Shown piece by piece: positions 32,050 through 42,120 of a DNA stretch of 64,000 bases. Numbering within the stretch: position 1 is the stretch's first letter; every line of letters starts with the position of its first letter. Source of the stretch: Candidatus Bathyarchaeota archaeon (GTDB lineage Archaea; Thermoproteota; Bathyarchaeia; Bathyarchaeales; Bathycorpusculaceae); assembly GCA_963777155.1 (NCBI GenBank), contig CAVZPM010000007.1, positions 1 to 64,000 of the forward strand. Reading direction: 5' to 3'. The notes below the pieces were generated by a model, which did not search any database, was not told the origin of the DNA, and saw only the letters and a program-made list of their open reading frames with translations. A program made the position numbers and the translations under genes.

Positions 32050-32458
32050 CGGCAGACTTGCGTTGCTGCACTAACTATTTTCTATAGGGTTAGGGTTAAG
32101 AAAAGTCTTCAATCAAAAGTGTGAAGGTCATAGCTACGCTATGCAGGGATTACTCGTTTTGTCCGTTTCATGTACTCGACATAACTGTTGCCTAATTCAC
32201 TAATGAGAACCTTTCATCCACAAACATCCTGTAGTAGCCAAGTCAACAACATTTCTAATATCAAGTTGACAGAGCCTATGAACAGTGCTCATGAATACGC
32301 TCACCCGCGACAATTTGGCTCTACAATATGTTTCAATGAAAATCTTTCCAAATCCCTAATATGTTAGGGTAAATACTTATTTCTAATAATGCGTATTTCT
32401 TATTTCAGCCGATATGCATGAAGGCTCCGCACTCTAACAAGGTAGATTAAATTGAGGT

Positions 32459-32929
32459 TTGCTAATGAAAGTTTTAGTTATTTATGATTCTAAATATGGA
32501 AATACCAAGATTGCCGCCGAGAATATTTTGGAGGGTTTAAAACAAGTTGAGGATATTGAAGCTAAAATCAGTTATGTTAAGGAAGTTGACTCTCAAAACG
32601 TTGTCAGTTACGATGCGTTGATAATAGGTGCACCTAATCACATGGGTAGCCCTTCTCGAACTATCAAAAAATTTTTTGATAAGTTGGCTGAACTTGATTT
32701 GAAAAGTAAAGATGTGGCTGTTTTCGGTACATATTCTGGAAGGATAAGAGTTAGCGATAGAGCCGTGAAAAAACTGGAAAAAAGGGTGGAAAAAACCTTG
32801 CCTAAGGTAAAACTTCTTTTGCCAAGTCTATCAATCAAGGTGAAGGGAGTAACAGGCCCAGTTGTAGAAGGAGAACTGACTAGATGCAAAGACTTCGGCA
32901 ACAGAATCGCAAAGCAACTACTAAATTAA
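32459..32929 (+). CDS. flavodoxin family protein
   Basis: VIYDSKYGNT, IIGAP..MG, AVFGTY. Confidence 0.88.
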   Translation: MLMKVLVIYDSKYGNTKIAAENILEGLKQVEDIEAKISYVKEVDSQNVVSYDALIIGAPNHMGSPSRTIKKFFDKLAELDLKSKDVAVFGTYSGRIRVSDRAVKKLEKRVEKTLPKVKLLLPSLSIKVKGVTGPVVEGELTRCKDFGNRIAKQLLN

Positions 32930-32959
32930 CTCCAACATTATAACAAACTTGGGAGTGAG

Positions 32960-33188
32960 TCCTGTAGAAACCCACTCAACTTAAGCTGGGGTTCGGATGG
33001 AAAAAGCTTTTGGCGCTTCCTCTATGTACTTGCCAACTTTTTCAAAGCTTAGATCATCATCACGATATGAACTGTTTCTTTTCTCGCGCAAATTTCCCTT
33101 AGCATCCAAGCAAAATTCATGTTGGTTTGACCCCTATTGGGTTCAAACTGATGATTTTTAGACTCTTTTGGGCCACGTTTCTACAGGA
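32960..33188. mobile_element. candidate MITE or IS scar
   Basis: Perfect 12-bp terminal inverted repeat TCCTGTAGAAAC/GTTTCTACAGGA around a non-coding core. Confidence 0.35.
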
Positions 33189-33335
33189 TTTAAACCTATT
33201 GGATAAGAGTCTATATTTTTTAATTCCGATTGAATTCGAGCTCGCGCTAAAAGAAATAATTGAAAAATAAAAGAGAAAAGAAAACGTATTTTCCTCTTCT
33301 TTTTTGAGGCACTTTTTATGGAGTCTGTTTACTGT

Positions 33336-34772
33336 TTATCGGGTGATTCGGTCTAATTGGGTTCCGTTGGAATCAATGAGTTGAACTTCTAAAGGCATGC
33401 TTCCAATCGCGTGTGTTGCGCAGCTCAAGCAGGGGTCGAACGCGCGGATAACCGCTTCAACCCTGTTTAGCATTCCTTCCTCCAGTTTTCGTGCTTTCAC
33501 GTATTTCTTGGCTACCTGTGTTACTGCCTTGTTGTATGCTGAATTGTTGTGTTCCGTGGCGATGATCATGTTTACCCAGTTTATCATGCCGTTCGGATCA
33601 ACTGTGTAGTGGTGAATCAGTGTTCCTCTTGGAGCTTCAGCCACACCGACGCCCTCGAAAGTGTTTACGGAAGCTTTGGAGGATACCCATTCTGAGAGTA
33701 TCGCTTGGTCTTCGAGCAGGTTTTTGGCGGTCTCGATGCAGAACAACACCTCTACTAGTCTAGCGTAGTGGTAGTGAAATGTGCTGTTGACACATCCGTT
33801 TTTGCCGAGTTTTTTGAATTCTTTCAGTTCCTCGTCTGCCAATGGTGTGCCGCAGTGTGAGGCGACGTTTAGTCTTGAAAGGGGACCGACTCTGTAGTCG
33901 CCTTTAGGGTATCCTAGAGGCTTGTAGTACGGAAACTTCATGTAAGTCCATGGCTCAACCGCCTCTCCGATGTACTCGTAGTATTTTGCCGGATCAAGCT
34001 GGTCAGCAACAACTTTGCCGTTTCCGTCCACAATCCTTATGTTGCCATCGTAATGTTCCAATCCACCGCTCTTTGTTACTAAGCCGAGATGGTAGCTTGG
34101 AAAGTTGCCTAAGCATTCTGCTTCTTCTTCCAGCCCCATGATACATGTCTTAAACATTTTTATGGTCTTAAGTGTGATATCCAAAGCCTCAGGTAACTGC
34201 GACTGCAGATAGTCCGCGTTTTCTTTCTTTAAAGGCCATTTGGCTCCTCCAGGAACTATCCAATCGGAGGAGTGTATTCGTTTTCCCGCTACTCTTTCGA
34301 TGATCTCTTGTCCGAATTTCCTGAGTTTAATTCCTTGTATCGCTAATTCAGGTTTTTTCTCAATTAAACCAAAGATGTTCCGTTGAGCAGGGTCAGAGTC
34401 CATTCCAAGTAGCAGGTCAGGAGCCGAAAGATGGAAGAAGTTCAATGCATGCGATTGAATAATCTGTCCCATATGTATCAGGCGGCGTAGCATTATAGCT
34501 GTGGCAGGCGGTGTTACGCCGACGATAGCGTCGCATGCTTTCGCCGAAGCCAGCAGATGGCTTACTGGACATATGCCGCAGGACCTAGAGGTAATGCTGG
34601 GCATTTCGTAGTAGGGTCTTCCCTGTGAGAATTTTTCGAAGCCACGGAAGTCGACAACTTGAAAACGCGCGTCCTTCACAGAGTCATCCTCATTAAGATA
34701 AATGGTGACTTTTGCGTGCCCCTCTATACGGGTGATCGGGGCAATCACTATTGTTTTTGTTTCTTTAACCAT
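33336..34772 (-). CDS. hoxH: [NiFe] hydrogenase large subunit, group 3d-like
   Basis: PITRIEGH, SRSCGICPVSH (L1), FDPCLSCATH (L2) plus C-terminal extension. Confidence 0.88.
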   Translation of the reverse strand: MVKETKTIVIAPITRIEGHAKVTIYLNEDDSVKDARFQVVDFRGFEKFSQGRPYYEMPSITSRSCGICPVSHLLASAKACDAIVGVTPPATAIMLRRLIHMGQIIQSHALNFFHLSAPDLLLGMDSDPAQRNIFGLIEKKPELAIQGIKLRKFGQEIIERVAGKRIHSSDWIVPGGAKWPLKKENADYLQSQLPEALDITLKTIKMFKTCIMGLEEEAECLGNFPSYHLGLVTKSGGLEHYDGNIRIVDGNGKVVADQLDPAKYYEYIGEAVEPWTYMKFPYYKPLGYPKGDYRVGPLSRLNVASHCGTPLADEELKEFKKLGKNGCVNSTFHYHYARLVEVLFCIETAKNLLEDQAILSEWVSSKASVNTFEGVGVAEAPRGTLIHHYTVDPNGMINWVNMIIATEHNNSAYNKAVTQVAKKYVKARKLEEGMLNRVEAVIRAFDPCLSCATHAIGSMPLEVQLIDSNGTQLDRITR

Positions 34773-35307
34773 ACTTAGTCCTTCCCTCCATGTTCGGAAC
34801 TCTTCCACACAGCAACTCCGTTAACACGTAGTTTATCAGACTCGCTGGAGGTGGACAGCCTGGGATGAAATAATCCACTTTGACGACTTCATGAAGAGGA
34901 AGCACTTTCTTCAGAAGCTTCGGCACTTCGGTTGGAATTTGGGGGTTGACTTCGGACGTGTCGATGTACGCCATTTCAAGAACCGCTTGGTCGCTATCTT
35001 TCAAACTATTCCTCAAGGCGGTCACGTTTCCTGTGACGGCGCAGTCGCCTAGAGAAATCAGAGTTTTAGTTTTGCCTCTCGCCTCTTTTAGCATCGCAAG
35101 CTGTTCCTCGTTTGCCACGGCACCTTCGATGAACGTAACGGCGACGTTTTCAGGAAAAACCTTAATGTCCACGATTGGACTGTAAACGAGCTGTATTTTC
35201 TTAGCCAAATCCAAAAGCAACTCGTCCTGGTCAAGGAACGACATGTGGCAACCCGAGCAGCCGCTAAGCCAGATAGTAGCAACTCTCGTCTTCTCCGCTG
35301 TCATCAT
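34765..35307 (-). CDS. hoxY: hydrogenase small subunit (short, single-cluster type)
   Basis: WLSGCSGCHMS, GDCA, PGCPP; 180 aa. Confidence 0.9.
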   Translation of the reverse strand: MMTAEKTRVATIWLSGCSGCHMSFLDQDELLLDLAKKIQLVYSPIVDIKVFPENVAVTFIEGAVANEEQLAMLKEARGKTKTLISLGDCAVTGNVTALRNSLKDSDQAVLEMAYIDTSEVNPQIPTEVPKLLKKVLPLHEVVKVDYFIPGCPPPASLINYVLTELLCGRVPNMEGRTKYG

Positions 35308-36008
35308 CTCTTCCTCCTCGACAAGATGAACTCAGCGATGTCCTTACGCTTAGTCTGATAGATAGGTTCGCCTTCGATGTAGATGGCGCCGACGGGGCAG
35401 ACCTTCGCGCATTTCCTGCACGAAGTGCAAGAACATGAATTTGCCCAGTCTTCATCAAGGTCCATTATCACCTGCGCATCCTTCCCACGAAGCTTCAAAT
35501 CCAGCGTGTGCACACCCTCAATTTCGTCGCAGACTCGTATGCAGCGTGTGCAGAGAATGCATCTGTTGGAGTCTATGACAAGGAAATCGTGGGTTGAGTC
35601 AATTTTGAGGCTCGTCCAGTTCCGCTCAAGCATCACGTGGTCTACACCGAGCTGGTTCGCCATGGCTTGCAGTTCACAATGGTCGTTTGCAACACAGACC
35701 GAACAGATATGGGTTCTCTCAGCCAAGAGCATCTGCACAACCATCTTGCGGTACTCTTTCAACCTGTCCGAGTTTGTGGTAACTTCCATACCCATGCTGA
35801 CGGGAGTTAAACACGCCACGAACAGTTTTGGTGAACCGCTAATTTCAACGAGACATAATCGACATCCGCCATAAGCAGATAGACCTTCTAGGTTGCATAA
35901 TGTGGGGATGTTTATTCCGTTGTCCTGCGCAGCCTTCAGGATGACCGTGCCTTCTGGAACGGTGACTTCGACGCCGTCGATTTTCAAAGTTATTGTTGAA
36001 ATGCTCAT
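35304..36008 (-). CDS. hoxU: diaphorase Fe-S subunit (NuoG N-terminus-like)
   Basis: IPTLC, GGCRLC, HICSVC...C, CILCTRC..VC, CTSCRKC..VCP. Confidence 0.9.
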   Translation of the reverse strand: MSISTITLKIDGVEVTVPEGTVILKAAQDNGINIPTLCNLEGLSAYGGCRLCLVEISGSPKLFVACLTPVSMGMEVTTNSDRLKEYRKMVVQMLLAERTHICSVCVANDHCELQAMANQLGVDHVMLERNWTSLKIDSTHDFLVIDSNRCILCTRCIRVCDEIEGVHTLDLKLRGKDAQVIMDLDEDWANSCSCTSCRKCAKVCPVGAIYIEGEPIYQTKRKDIAEFILSRRKR

Positions 36009-36011
36009 TGT

Positions 36012-37655
36012 CTACACCTCTTTCTCTTTTTTGAAACATTTTCCTGCTTGGCAATTCTTATCCACGATGTGCTGTAGGTACTCATCTTTGAAGTACCTCA
36101 GAGTTGTCAAGACTGGGTTCGGAGCCGTCTGTCCCAGGCCACAAAGGCTGGCTTCTCTAATGAAGACGCCAGTCTTCTCCAACGTTTGGATGTCCTGCAT
36201 CTTGCCGTTGCCATGCGTGATGTTATCAAAGATTTCTTTCACTCGGATGAGCCCGGCTCGACATGGAGTGCATCGACCGCAGGATTCGTCAACGCAGAAT
36301 TCCGTGAAGAACTTTGCTGTGTCCACCATGCAGTCTGTTTCATCTATTACCACAATTCCGCCGGAACCCATTATAGCTCCGACTCTGGTGAGCGAGTCGT
36401 AGTCTATTGGAAGTTCCAGTAGAGTCTCAGGTAGGCAGCCGCCTGAGGGACCGCCAACTAGAACGGCTTTGAACTTCTTGTCGTCGGGGATTCCTCCGCC
36501 TATATTGAACACGACTTCCCTTAGCGTGATACCCATCGGAACTTCGATGAGTCCAGGGTTGTTTATTTTGCCTGTCAGTGAGAAGCATTTGGTTCCGGTG
36601 CATTTTGGCGTTCCTGTTTTAGCGAACCATAAGCCCCCGTTCTGCACTATGAGCGGGATGTTGGCCAATGTTTCGACGTTCTGTATCAACGTTGGTTTAC
36701 CCCATAAACCTGAGTTAGCCGGGTATGGAGGACGTGGGCGAGGCATTGCGCGGCGTCCTTCGACGGAAGCAAGTATGGCTGTTTCTTCGCCAGCCACGAA
36801 GGCGCCTGCTCCGAATCTGAGTTCAAGGTCGAATTTGAAGCCTGTTTCGAGAATGTTCTCGCCCAGCAAAGACATTGCTTTGGCTTGGAGGATGGCTTTC
36901 TGCAGGGTTTGTATGGCTAATGGATATTCTGATCTTATGTAGAGGTAGCCTTTTTCCGCTCCAATAGCGTAACCTGCAATTAGCATTCCTTCGATTATTG
37001 CGTGAGGGTCTGCTTCCGCTAGAGTTCGGTTTGCGAAGACGCCGGGGTCGCCCTCGTCTAGGTTGGCGACTATGTATTTTGGAGAACTATGGGCTCTTGC
37101 GACGAGTCCCCATTTTTGGCCAGTTGGAAAACCAGCGCCTCCGCGTCCTCTAAGACCGCTGGTGGTAACTTCATAGATCACGCCTTGTGGGGTCATGGTG
37201 GCTATGCATTTGACTATAGCGGAGTACCCGCCAAAAGCGATATAATCTTGAATTCTTGTTGGGTCTATCTTGCCTGCGTTCCTCAGTACCAGGCGGTGTT
37301 GTTTTTCGAAGAAAGCCTTGTTGCTGTACAGCATGTTCTGAACGGGCAATCCTAAAACGATGTGGTCGCGGACTATTTCTCGGGCTTTTTCAGGTGTCAC
37401 GCTCTGGTATAAGTGGTCGCCTGGTTCGATTAGGACTGCTGGGCCGACTGAGCAGGTTCCTATGCAGCCTGTTCGAGCAACTTTGCATTCTTTTTCGACT
37501 CCAAGTTCTTTCACTGCATCTTCGAAGGCTTTTAGAACTTTGAAAGCTCCGAATGGGACACAGCCGCTTGAGCAGCAAACGTTAATGCGGTATCTGTATG
37601 CTCTTTGAAAATCCACTTCATGTTCGGCTATTTTTTGGAGGTCAGATAGTTTCAC
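36012..37655 (-). CDS. hoxF: diaphorase FMN/NAD subunit (NuoF-like) with N-terminal 2Fe-2S domain
   Basis: GLRGRGGAGFPTG, N.DEGDPG, GAGAFVAGEETA, ESCGRCTPC, SLCGLGQ. Confidence 0.9.
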   Translation of the reverse strand: MKLSDLQKIAEHEVDFQRAYRYRINVCCSSGCVPFGAFKVLKAFEDAVKELGVEKECKVARTGCIGTCSVGPAVLIEPGDHLYQSVTPEKAREIVRDHIVLGLPVQNMLYSNKAFFEKQHRLVLRNAGKIDPTRIQDYIAFGGYSAIVKCIATMTPQGVIYEVTTSGLRGRGGAGFPTGQKWGLVARAHSSPKYIVANLDEGDPGVFANRTLAEADPHAIIEGMLIAGYAIGAEKGYLYIRSEYPLAIQTLQKAILQAKAMSLLGENILETGFKFDLELRFGAGAFVAGEETAILASVEGRRAMPRPRPPYPANSGLWGKPTLIQNVETLANIPLIVQNGGLWFAKTGTPKCTGTKCFSLTGKINNPGLIEVPMGITLREVVFNIGGGIPDDKKFKAVLVGGPSGGCLPETLLELPIDYDSLTRVGAIMGSGGIVVIDETDCMVDTAKFFTEFCVDESCGRCTPCRAGLIRVKEIFDNITHGNGKMQDIQTLEKTGVFIREASLCGLGQTAPNPVLTTLRYFKDEYLQHIVDKNCQAGKCFKKEKEV

Positions 37656-38133
37656 TTTTTACGCCTCCAAGCACGAGTTTTATTTTTTCCAAAACCTTTT
37701 CTTTGGTTGCTTTGCCGATTACTTCGTCATCTACGACCATGTTCGGCGCCATTGCGCAAGCGCCGATGCAGCGAGTGACGAAAACTGAGAGTTTCCTGTC
37801 GGGCGTAGTTTCTCCACGTTTGACTTTGAATTCGCGTTCGATTGCCTGCATAATTTCTTCGACGCCTTTAACGTAGCACGCCGTGCCTAAGCAGCCAGTT
37901 ACTATGTGTTCGCCTGGTTCAGTTAGTTTGAAGAGGCTGTAGAATGTTGCTACGCCATACACGTGGCTTGGGGGAAGGTTAAGAGATTGGGAAATGTCCA
38001 TCATTAAGTCTTTGTCGAGGTAGCCGTAGATTTCTTGGGCTTTGTGAAGTATCTCCAGAAGAGCGCTTTCTTGGAAGTTGTGTTCTTTCATCACTTTTTC
38101 CAGCATAGCCCGCCGAGTTTCAGTTGCTGACAA
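37642..38133 (-). CDS. hoxE: NuoE-like 2Fe-2S subunit
   Basis: VYGVATFYSLF, CLGTAC, CIGAC. Confidence 0.88.
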   Translation of the reverse strand: MSATETRRAMLEKVMKEHNFQESALLEILHKAQEIYGYLDKDLMMDISQSLNLPPSHVYGVATFYSLFKLTEPGEHIVTGCLGTACYVKGVEEIMQAIEREFKVKRGETTPDRKLSVFVTRCIGACAMAPNMVVDDEVIGKATKEKVLEKIKLVLGGVKSETI

Positions 38134-38528
38134 AAGTTGATCCCTCCAACCCTATGAAGTTAAACATCTCTTATTACACCCGGAAATTCTCATGGTTTTA
38201 CTAAACCTAGCAATACATATAAACCGTTCAGTGGTGACTAAGCCACCTGTTGCTTAATGCCAAGTTTCTTTTCCAGAGTCAGTCACCATAGTGGCAAATA
38301 CAAGGGATTTGAAAACTGTGTTTAATCATTTAATTTGAACGGTTAACTGCTTTACAAATAAAGTCTATATTTAAAAATTCGTATCTTTTACTGCATAGCG
38401 GTAACCTTATCACAAATTGTTGTTCCTGCACCTATTTACAGACTCTATTCTATGCATTAATCTTATATGTTAAGCGTAACAAAGGAGATCTGTAGAGATT
38501 TAACGTGTTGACCGAGTGAAAATCTCGG

Positions 38529-39491
38529 ATGTCAAACCCCGAACTAACAACTGAAATGCATGAAACCAAGGCATTGATTGAGCTTGAGCTTTCAAAATTT
38601 GTTTGCAGCCTCGATCTTAAACTGAGTCCTCAAGTGAAATATGCTTTGTTATCTGGGGGCAAAAGACTTCGCCCTATGATAGTGCTCCTAGCCGCACAAA
38701 GCGTGGGAGGTGACCGAAAAAAAGCAGTACCACTCGCCCTCGCTTTTGAGCTAGCTCATAATAGTAGCTTAATTCAGGATGATATGATAGACAAAGATGC
38801 TTTTCGTCGAGGAAAATTGGCTTTCTGCAGAAATTGGTCGGCGAACATCGCCATTTTAACTGGAGACCTTCTAATTGCGTATACTGTTTATCTAGCATCT
38901 AGTTATGAAAAAAATATCCTCAAAGTGTTTTCCGAAAGCATCATTGAACTCTGCGAAGGTGAATATATGGATCTAATGTTAACTTTGGATTCAACTGAAA
39001 AAGAGTACTTTCAGATGATAAATTCAAAGTCAGCATCCCTCTTCCAAGCAGCAGCAAGTTGTGGAGCTTTGGTCGGCGGTGCTTCCAGAGAGGATTATGA
39101 GTGCCTCTCCAATTTCGGAAAGAACTTTGGAATTGCCTACCAATTAAAAGATGACCTTCGTGATCTCAAGCTTGGCGAAGGACAGGTTTCAGAGGATCTT
39201 AAGAAAGGGCGCGTTACCTTGCCCCTTATGCACCTGTACGGCATGAGCAACTCGTTTGAGAAAAAAGCTATTGATGAAGCTATCCATACAGCCGCCATGA
39301 AAGACGGTATTGAGAGTGATGCAGCCGTCAAGGGCATTATTAAGAAACTTGAAGAGACAGATTCAATTGTCTACGTCGAGGAGAAAATAGATGAGTATCT
39401 CCAGCTAACAATCGCAAGTATTGCTCCTCTCAAAGATACCTCTTACAAACTTGCACTTCTTCAAATGTCAAAAATACTAAAGAGGAACTAA
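38529..39491 (+). CDS. trans-polyprenyl diphosphate synthase
   Basis: GGKRLRP, LIQDDMID...RRG, YQLKDDLRD. Confidence 0.9.
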   Translation: MSNPELTTEMHETKALIELELSKFVCSLDLKLSPQVKYALLSGGKRLRPMIVLLAAQSVGGDRKKAVPLALAFELAHNSSLIQDDMIDKDAFRRGKLAFCRNWSANIAILTGDLLIAYTVYLASSYEKNILKVFSESIIELCEGEYMDLMLTLDSTEKEYFQMINSKSASLFQAAASCGALVGGASREDYECLSNFGKNFGIAYQLKDDLRDLKLGEGQVSEDLKKGRVTLPLMHLYGMSNSFEKKAIDEAIHTAAMKDGIESDAAVKGIIKKLEETDSIVYVEEKIDEYLQLTIASIAPLKDTSYKLALLQMSKILKRN

Positions 39492-39499
39492 AAATCAAA

Positions 39500-40411
39500 A
39501 TGACAAGCAAGCTGAAAAGCTTCGCAACGGAGTTAAGGGTCTCTTTTCTCACAGCGACTGTCGTTTCGATTGTTCTAGGGGCTTCCATCGCCTGGGCAAG
39601 AAATGGGGTTTTCGATCGCGACTTTTTCCTGCTCTCTCTATTAGCAGGGTCATTCTTGCATTTAGGCACCAATGTAGCTAACGATTACTTTGATCATAAG
39701 AGCGGAGGCGATGACATAAACAAAGAGTTCGTAAGACCATTCTGCGGCGGCAGCCGAATGATCCAGCTTGGGCTGTTAAAACCCCGAGAAGTTCTTTTGG
39801 AGGCAGCTATTCTCTACATTGTCGGAACCGCAATCGGAATCTACTTGGCTTATTCCAAAGGATTATTTGTTTTAGTTTTAGGTCTCATTGGTCTTTTTTC
39901 TGGATTTTTCTACGCTAGTCCCCCCTTCAAATTGGCGAACAGGGGAGTTGGAGAAATCTTCGTGGGAGTCAACTTTGGAGTATTAATGACGTTAGGTTCA
40001 TACTATGTTCAAACACAAACCTTGAGTGCTGAATCATTAATAGCTTCTATTCCAGTTTCCCTGCTAATTTTTGCAGTTGTCTACGTCAACGAGTTCCAAG
40101 ACTATAACGCCGATAAAGTCATAGGGAAAAGAACCCTGGTTGTCAGGTTCGGACGGAAAAAAGCAGCCCATGGATACGCAATTCTAATGGGCGCAGTTTA
40201 CTTGTCGATCTTAATCGGAGTACTTTCAAGAATAATGCCTTCATCGGCGCTTATTGGACTAGTTACAATCCCTATTGCTATCAAAGCGACCGTTCTTGCT
40301 TTTCGATACCATTCCACACCTTTAAAACTTGTTCCTGCTAACGCATCAACGATTCTTTGCCACTTGCTTACCAGTTTACTTCTCTCAGTTGGATATTTAG
40401 TTGCATTATAG
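39500..40411 (+). CDS. menA: 1,4-dihydroxy-2-naphthoate prenyltransferase-like (UbiA family)
   Basis: NVANDYFD..SG.D, NEFQD...D...GKRTL.VR.G; many TM helices. Confidence 0.75.
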   Translation: MTSKLKSFATELRVSFLTATVVSIVLGASIAWARNGVFDRDFFLLSLLAGSFLHLGTNVANDYFDHKSGGDDINKEFVRPFCGGSRMIQLGLLKPREVLLEAAILYIVGTAIGIYLAYSKGLFVLVLGLIGLFSGFFYASPPFKLANRGVGEIFVGVNFGVLMTLGSYYVQTQTLSAESLIASIPVSLLIFAVVYVNEFQDYNADKVIGKRTLVVRFGRKKAAHGYAILMGAVYLSILIGVLSRIMPSSALIGLVTIPIAIKATVLAFRYHSTPLKLVPANASTILCHLLTSLLLSVGYLVAL

Positions 40412-40619
40412 TGCCTATTTTTTAACCTGTTTGAAAAACAGTGCTCTTAAAAATGGTTATAGGGCTAACTTTGCCTATTAAAGCCCCTTCCAGGGTCAAA
40501 CCATTCAAATGTAACGATTTGTTGGACCTATAAAATTCATGCAAAGTGCTGCGTAAACCTTTATCAGCTTATTATTATGGATAGAGACCAGTGTACAGTG
40601 AAAATCGGCAGTGATATGG

Positions 40620-41499
40620 TTAGACGACAGGCAGCGGAAGAATCTTTTTTGGAGACACGCAATTTCTATTCAAACCTAGTTGATTCGGTTCTATTCCGAA
40701 TGCTAAACCGATGAGTTGGGTGAAATGAAGTACTGGAATGTTAATGTCAACATCAAAACGCGACTCTATGTCCTTCTGTCTCGCGTCCAAGTTAAAATGA
40801 CACAAAGGACATGCAGTTACGACGCAGTTAGCTTCAGCATTCTTGGCACTTAGCAAAATATCCTTAGACATTCTCAGCACTATTTCTTCATCAGTTATGC
40901 CTAATGAAGAGCCGCAGCACCTTGTTTTACCGTAGTAGTCAACTTTGGAGGCACCCAGTGTCTCAACCAACTCATCCAAACGGGTCGGGTGCTCAGGATT
41001 ATCAAAATTGCAGATTGCTGGTGGTCTGACTAGCAAACAACCGTAGTAAGAAGCAACCTTGAAATTGGTCAACTGAACCTTGACTTTCTCCTTTATTTTC
41101 TCCAGACCTATATCAGACAAGAGCGCATCAGCAAAATGCTTAACCCTAACACCGCCATTGTAGCTGACCCCAGCACTTTTCAAAGCTTCATCAACTTTGT
41201 TTTTCGTATCAGAGTCTTCTTTAAGAATTTTATTAGTTCTAGACAGAGTGAAATAACAAGCACTGCATAGAGTTGTCACGTCTATCTTCATTTTCTCGGC
41301 TAGAGCCAAATTTCTAGCCGCCAACGCAGAAGAGAACAGCGGCTTGAAGGAATACACTGCATCGATGGCTCCGCAGCAGTTCCAGTCAGCTATTTCAACT
41401 AGTTCTATGTCCAGAACCTTGCTTATTGCTTTAGCTGATTGTTCGATACTCTTTTGCAGTTGATTTAAGAGAACATCCTGGATAAAAAGCGTACTTCAT
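40620..41499 (-). CDS. hdrB: heterodisulfide reductase subunit B; frameshift near 41445
   Basis: MKYAFYPGC..., DWNCCG, CSACY, YYGCLLVRP, CCG, CPLC. Confidence 0.88.
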
Positions 41500-42120
41500 T
41501 GAGGTTCCTTCCCGTTGGTCTTTTCAAGCATATTAGTAAGCCAGGAATTCTGTTCGGTTTTCGGCGCCCTTATTTGCAGTTTTCCTTTTTTGAGTATTCT
41601 CAATCCTAGACTGGCATTGTGGCGAAGACTATTAAAATCAGTTTTATCCAAGAGCCTAAAGAGAAGCTCTGGTTCGTAGATTCTTCCGTATTTGGCAACG
41701 ATTTCAAAGAAAGTACTTGTGAAACTTCAAATTTGCATCGTTTTTCACCAGGTTCTCTTGAATGGCTTTGTTTCTGAGAGACATCATAAGCGTGGTGAAG
41801 TTTACATTTCTTGGGCAGCGAGTAGCACAAGTGTAACAAGCTGAGCAAACCCAAATTGTTGAGCTTGATAGGACTTCTTTTTTCATGCCTAGATTTATCA
41901 TTTTTATAATTTGCATTGGAGAATAATCCATGGCAAACATGGCTGGGCAGCCACCTGCACATGAACCGCATTGAATGCATTCAAGTATTTTTTCTCCCCC
42001 TGGCATTTTCATAACTTCTTTAATGAAATCCCTTCTAGATTCCATGCGCTCACTAAGCTGGATGGTTTTTGCTTCTGCGGCGGGTCTATCTTTTTCACGC
42101 GACAATTTTCTTTCCCTCAA
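41496..42120 (-). CDS. hdrC: heterodisulfide reductase subunit C; frameshift near 41707
   Basis: CIQCGSCAGGCP and WVCSACYTCATRCP; continues as YGRIYEPEL in another frame. Confidence 0.88.

Noticed and set aside
35383-37876. Long plus-strand ORFs within hox
   Set aside because: Antisense shadows of well-supported genes.
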